DNA of 64,000 nt from the IMG/VR virus record IMGVR_UViG_3300034120_003123; one strand, written 5' to 3'. Each line of letters starts with the position of its first letter. Position 1 is the stretch's first letter. Below, piece by piece: positions 38,901 through 44,900 of the stretch. Source of the stretch: an uncultured virus (IMG/VR IMGVR_UViG_3300034120_003123). Its lineage: Duplodnaviria; Heunggongvirae; Uroviricota; Caudoviricetes. Made by a program: the position numbers and the translations under genes. Under the pieces are notes generated by a model. The model saw only the letters and a list, made by a program, of their open reading frames with translations. It made no database searches and was not told the DNA's origin.

Positions 38901-41900
38901 CTCTAACTGCATTGGCAAGACCCAGCTCCCAGCCATGAGGAGAACCTCCATTGCTATTCCATACAGAATCTGTTACATCTGGTATGCCATTCGGACCACG
39001 ATGATCTAATATATTGTTTCCACTTGACGAAATATTAAGATTTTCAAAATTTAAAGTATAATTATTTAGTATCTTTACTTCTGGTCTAATACCAAGTTCT
39101 TCAGGCAATGCTTGAGAATTTCTAGCCAAACCACCAGAATTAGATTCTCCAATCATGATAATTAATGGAACATAAAGATTACTGCTAGTATTATTAATAT
39201 AAGAATTAATAAATGATATATTATTATATATTGAAGTCTCAAAAACATCAATCAATGTGGACTGATCTGAGCAGCCATCTATAGACAAGTCCCAACAGCT
39301 ATTTACTGCACCATATACTTCAGGATTAGAAATAGAAATGGGACAATTTTCAAAAATTAATTTTTCTATGTTTTCTTGCTCTGAATAATATACAAACCCA
39401 TCTATGTTTTTGTTGGTAAAAGGATCAATAGATTCTTTAATAATTTCTGCATTAGAAACTTTACAATAATCATTCTGACCTAAACCGTCAGAAGATAAAT
39501 GAACTCCATTAATTTCAACAAATATAGATGGACAATCTGCTTGTCTATATTCAAAATGTTTAACCAAACATGAAAGTCTTAGCTTTGATGCAGAGACCGA
39601 ATCAAGAGCTGAAGAAAGATCAGGCTCTGCACTTTCATTCCCGTTCCACAAGTAAATAAAGTCACATGCTTCCAACAAAGGTCCATAAAATTCAGATACT
39701 CTTTTACTCAATTCTTTTCTAGCATTAGGGGTGCAATTAATGGCAGAATAAGGAGTTTTAGATGTCATGCTTTCTTCAAAATCACTGTCATTAATTCTTC
39801 CAAGACCTCTAATAGATACAGAAATGTTTTGATTAATAAATTTAATTGCATTAATCAGTGCTATCAAATTACCATTCACATAAGCTATTGCTCTTCTAAC
39901 ATTATCATAAGAATCTGAACCCTGCGAATTTATTGTAAATGGGTACGAGCAAGCGTAGGCGTGTAGGGAGCTCTGATTATCGTTTATGTTAAATAAGTGA
40001 TTAAAATCTATTACAACACCCGCATAGTAATCTGTGATGTCTTTCTCGCCTAAAGTGTAATTAAATATTGCGTCATTTATATCAGAAATATATTTTACTA
40101 CACCATCTATGATTGGCATGCCATTAGAGTCAATATTGTAGTAAATACTTGAATTATCACTTACCGGTTTAATAAAAAGCATCAAACCATTTGATATGTC
40201 TGAGACAGAAGATATTTCATTTTCTACAAAACTTGCCCAAGAAGAGCCATCATCAGGATTTAAAGATCTGTCTATTTTTGCTTTTGAAGCATAAATCTTG
40301 TAAGTTGAAGAGCTTTCGCACTCGCATGCGCTATTAGCATTAACTTCCTGATAAAGAGAAGATAGCGATGGCAGGTTAGAAGCTATAGTACAAATCCCCT
40401 CATTTTGAATGACAATTCCACCTATAGAAAAATCGCCATTACCACAAGGGTTAACTTCAGTAGACTCTAAAAATCCCAACAAAGTGTGAGAAGTCGGATA
40501 TCCAATTTCTCCAATACAGTTTCGCAACCAGTCATATGCGTCAGGATTAGATCGAGCATGACTCTCTAGCTCTGAAAATATTGTATTTGCAACTACTTCG
40601 CTTTCCACTAAGGAATTGCCGCACACCAATCTAATCTTAATCACGTTAAATGAAGTCGGCTGAGATTGTAAATCATTAAGTAAATTAGCAAATTCATTAT
40701 TGTTAGAAATTTTAAGAGAATCTTGATTAACGCAAATTCCAACATGTGGGATAATCTGTTCGTTTTTCATTTGAACCTGAACAACTGAACCTATTTCAAA
40801 AGGTACAACATCTATCATATCCCCATTAACAAACATATCAACTGGTCCAAATATTCCACTTTCTTTATCAAGTAGTAATTGACGTAATCTATAAGGAGAC
40901 TGAGATGCATTGAAAGTTATTCTAGCACCTCTATTGCTGTTCCAAACTGGAGGATATCCTGCATAGTAGTTTAACTTTCCTCTTGCTGGTAATACATCTA
41001 CTGGAATAGCTCCTGCAGCAGCGTGCTCAACATAATAACAATCTCTTCCAGCAAGGGTGTTGATAGTCGTAAAAGTATCAGAATAAGTGCAACTGCAAAC
41101 ATCTAAAATCTTCCTTAAACCCAACGAACTTACCAGATCATTCTCTGGATCATTTGGAGAAGCTAGTAGCAGATTTTGCCTACCACATGTTCCATTAATA
41201 GGATAATTATTTGTCGTAAGCCCAAAGAAGCCAAACTTTCTTGCATCATGCCATGCAGCATCTGCAATAAGCGTAACAAGCAATGATTCATTCCCATATG
41301 AGTCTAATCCTATTTCATATCCTGCTATAGGAACTGGTTTTTCAGGCAAACTATCTGGATAAGAAAATTCTGTCTGTAATACGATATTTCTTGAACCTTG
41401 CTGAATTAACGTCCATAGCTGGTCTCTTGCAACTTGCCCTCTAGTCTTATTCCCAACTAATTCCGTATTATGGAAATTGTCATCAACTTGACCATTTGCA
41501 ATTTCATCTTGCAAGTATATTACATGTCCATTAAAACTGTCTAATTCTTGTCTTGCAGAAATGGGTAATAAATTTTTATCAAATGGTACTATAACAACGC
41601 CAGAATTAGTAAAATTATTAACCGTAAATGCATCATCTTGCGCGATTACATATGGGATGCCGTGCTCGACACACGTTTGTACTGCGCCAAAAATAGGCCA
41701 ATAATATGAGAAATTAGCATAAGACTCATTTATCCCAGTGTTTATAAAAGCATAACTTCCCCATCCTACTTCTGGCCTGTGCAATATTACGCACCATGCA
41801 ACATTAGTTCTATTAAACAACCTAACATTTGCGTCACCTATTGAACCTAATATGGACGAGATTCTTCTCATGAAGGGTAAGTGTTGAATAGCAAATGCGT

Positions 41901-44900
41901 CAGCACTATTTTCAAAACCAGAAAGATCTTCTATTTGGTCATATTTGTACCAATCATAAAACGCATACATAAATTCTGGAGTTGTATGTGAAACTAGAGC
42001 AAGAAGAGATTGATTTTCCAGCCAACCACGAACAGCTATGTCTCTTGGAAGAACATTATTTTTAAACTCTACCTTACCAGAATACCCACTATCAAAAGAT
42101 GTCAAACAAGACTTGAAGGTATCATCGCAAGTACCCCCAGATATCCAGTTTGGTATAAACCACTGGCCAATCTGCCATCCATAAGCCCTCTTGCCTGTGC
42201 GAGCTTGAGAAAGGAGCAAGTCGGTATGCATCGCAAGCCAAAGATCTGGCACTGATTTAGCGCCAGTTTTATTCGTAACTCCAGGTGCTTGTCTTCTGCG
42301 AACATACCCTTCTGCACCGATTTCAGTTTTTACTCCAGACGCATACAAAACAACGTCTTCAGAATTCCCAGGCCATTCAAAAGAAGGCTGAGAGTTTCCT
42401 ACTGCATGCAGTATAGCAAATTCCGAGTAGCCAGCCTGATCAACTGCCTCTCTTATAGTTCTGACTATATCTGGCTGTTTATTATTTAAAGCATATACAT
42501 AAGCTTGAAGCTTATCTTTTACTGCCTGAGTCCATCCAAAAGAAGGATTGGGATCTCTTAGTAGCAAAGTTCCAGGGTTGGCATTGGCAGTTACACTACT
42601 AACAAAGTCAGTCAAAGCAGTGGTGTCAGAGCCGTCTGCTGGATTATTCAATGGCCATGGAAAGTTTGTAGTTGAATCGATACCAGATGCGGATATTGCA
42701 TCTGGACTAAAATCTAGTGTATAAAACAATGGAGCTGCATCCCACATGCAACCATTAAACCCATATCCAGTTTCTAGATCATAGCATTTTTGAGCCATCT
42801 CAACGTGTATTTTAGCAAGTAATTCAACAAATGCACTATTGAAACAAGATCTATAACTAATATTAGGTCCGTGACGACCTTCAATAACATGATTTCCAAA
42901 AATGTCTAAAGCATATGGATAAACAGAAGAATCAAGCTCAATCCAAGCAAATGGGAAAAAATAAGCCATTAATTTTTGTTTATACTTATTAGATGCGTCC
43001 TTATATGCCTGAACAACGTCTAATCCCAATCCCATGGAAGTAGATTCTTCCCCATCATCTGCTAACAAGGCCCACTGCTGCATCCCTGGGATTTGAGTGT
43101 CCCACCATAAAGGCTCAGAGCCGCCATGTAAAAATACTAAAGCCCAATCTGGACTGTATCTTGACATTCCCCTGATCATTCCATCAACATCAAAATATTC
43201 TTTAAATGCTGCTCTTGTGCCAGCTATTTTTGAAGTATTTCCGCTACCACATGCAGGCAAAGTTGAAAGTTCGTAAGTCAAACTTGATGGTAAGCTCCAT
43301 CGCTTAAACCAATTTATGCCACCGTCAACAGTGCTGGTGCAAAGTCCAGAACCTAACGTGCAAATCTGGCAAGTTTCATATGAGCCGCCCGGATAATATT
43401 CAGACCCGACTTCTGAGGCAGATACTGGAAAATTTCTTACGTTTTGATCATACCACAAAACCATATCAAACGCACTAAACTGATATTGTAAAGCAAATGT
43501 GGAAGACTGAAAAAATTCTACTTGATTAGATCCAAGAACTGGAAAACCAGAAATAGGAACTGTCTGAAAATCTGCAACTTCTATAATATCTGGCGAAACT
43601 TCTTCTGTGCAATCCTGTCTTGCGCCACAGTCGGACTTTGAACCTTCATAAGAGTTTCCTAAAATATCAGTATTTAACAATGTAGCTGTTTCTATTCCTT
43701 TAGCTGGATTAGACACTCCATTTAAACTAACACATAAAAGCGAAAGATTACCCTCACTATAGTTTTTTACAATTTTATGAACACTTTGATTAACTTGCTT
43801 ATTTTTATCATTAACAATTAATGATAAAAATAACGGATTATTTGACTGAGTTGGTAATAAAAATATATTGGAAGATATTTCTGAATTAGAATTTAAAAAT
43901 CCCTGATTTAATGCGACAGAGCCTGCTCCAAGGGACGCAGACGAACCAGAAGTAGAGTCTACAATAATCCCATTGAGCAGATTACTTTTACAATACACGT
44001 CTGAGACTAAGACATCACCGCCCCAAACTCCACCACTAGCATCATGTATAGACAAATAGTCTAACATACTATTGTGTGACATGAAAATCTGCTTTATACC
44101 ATTATATATGTATGATTTACCTGGACCTCCAGTAGCTCTAGAAAAATAATTTGATACAATTGCAAAACCTTCAAAGTAAATTTCTGAATCAAAAACGTTA
44201 CGATGTGGATTAATCCTAAAATGAGATATAGCAGATTTATTAATCTGATTCTTTGCAACTATAATGTTACTTTTTGCCAATGAAGTATGGCTAAAATTAA
44301 TGACAGCTGAATCTGCGACAGCACCAACATTGCCGACATTAGATATATTGCAAGAGAAAATTGAAGCACAATTTTTAATTGCAAACTCTACAGTATTACC
44401 AATTCCACATTGCTTTAACATTACAAAACCGTCAAATCCTCTATAAAGACTATTTACATTGCAATTAGTGGCAAAACCAACTACATTTTGAGCAATACCC
44501 GGATATGCTTTAAAAAAAATATTAACTTGATTGTTCAAAGTAGATACTAGAGTATCAACAGAGACGCCTGAGCGTCCTCTAATAGAGCAGTTGTTTAACC
44601 ACACACCTCTAGAATCAAATCCATAAGAACCGTCAGTAGAAATAATGTAATCTTTTTCTCCCGAAACATTTGTACTACTGTCATAGAAATTTTCCAATGT
44701 TATATTTTCAAAGACAGTAAACCTAGAGACTAAAGTATTTGATTTTACAGCATAGCTCGTCGGATTGGCAACACTGCCAAAATTAGTTGAACGATTTGTA
44801 ATTACGACATCTTTTTTACTTAAACCATCCAGCGCTTTTATTTTTAACCAACCTATTCTTCCAGCACCCAAAGCAAGTGCAGATGGAGTTCCAGAAGAAT

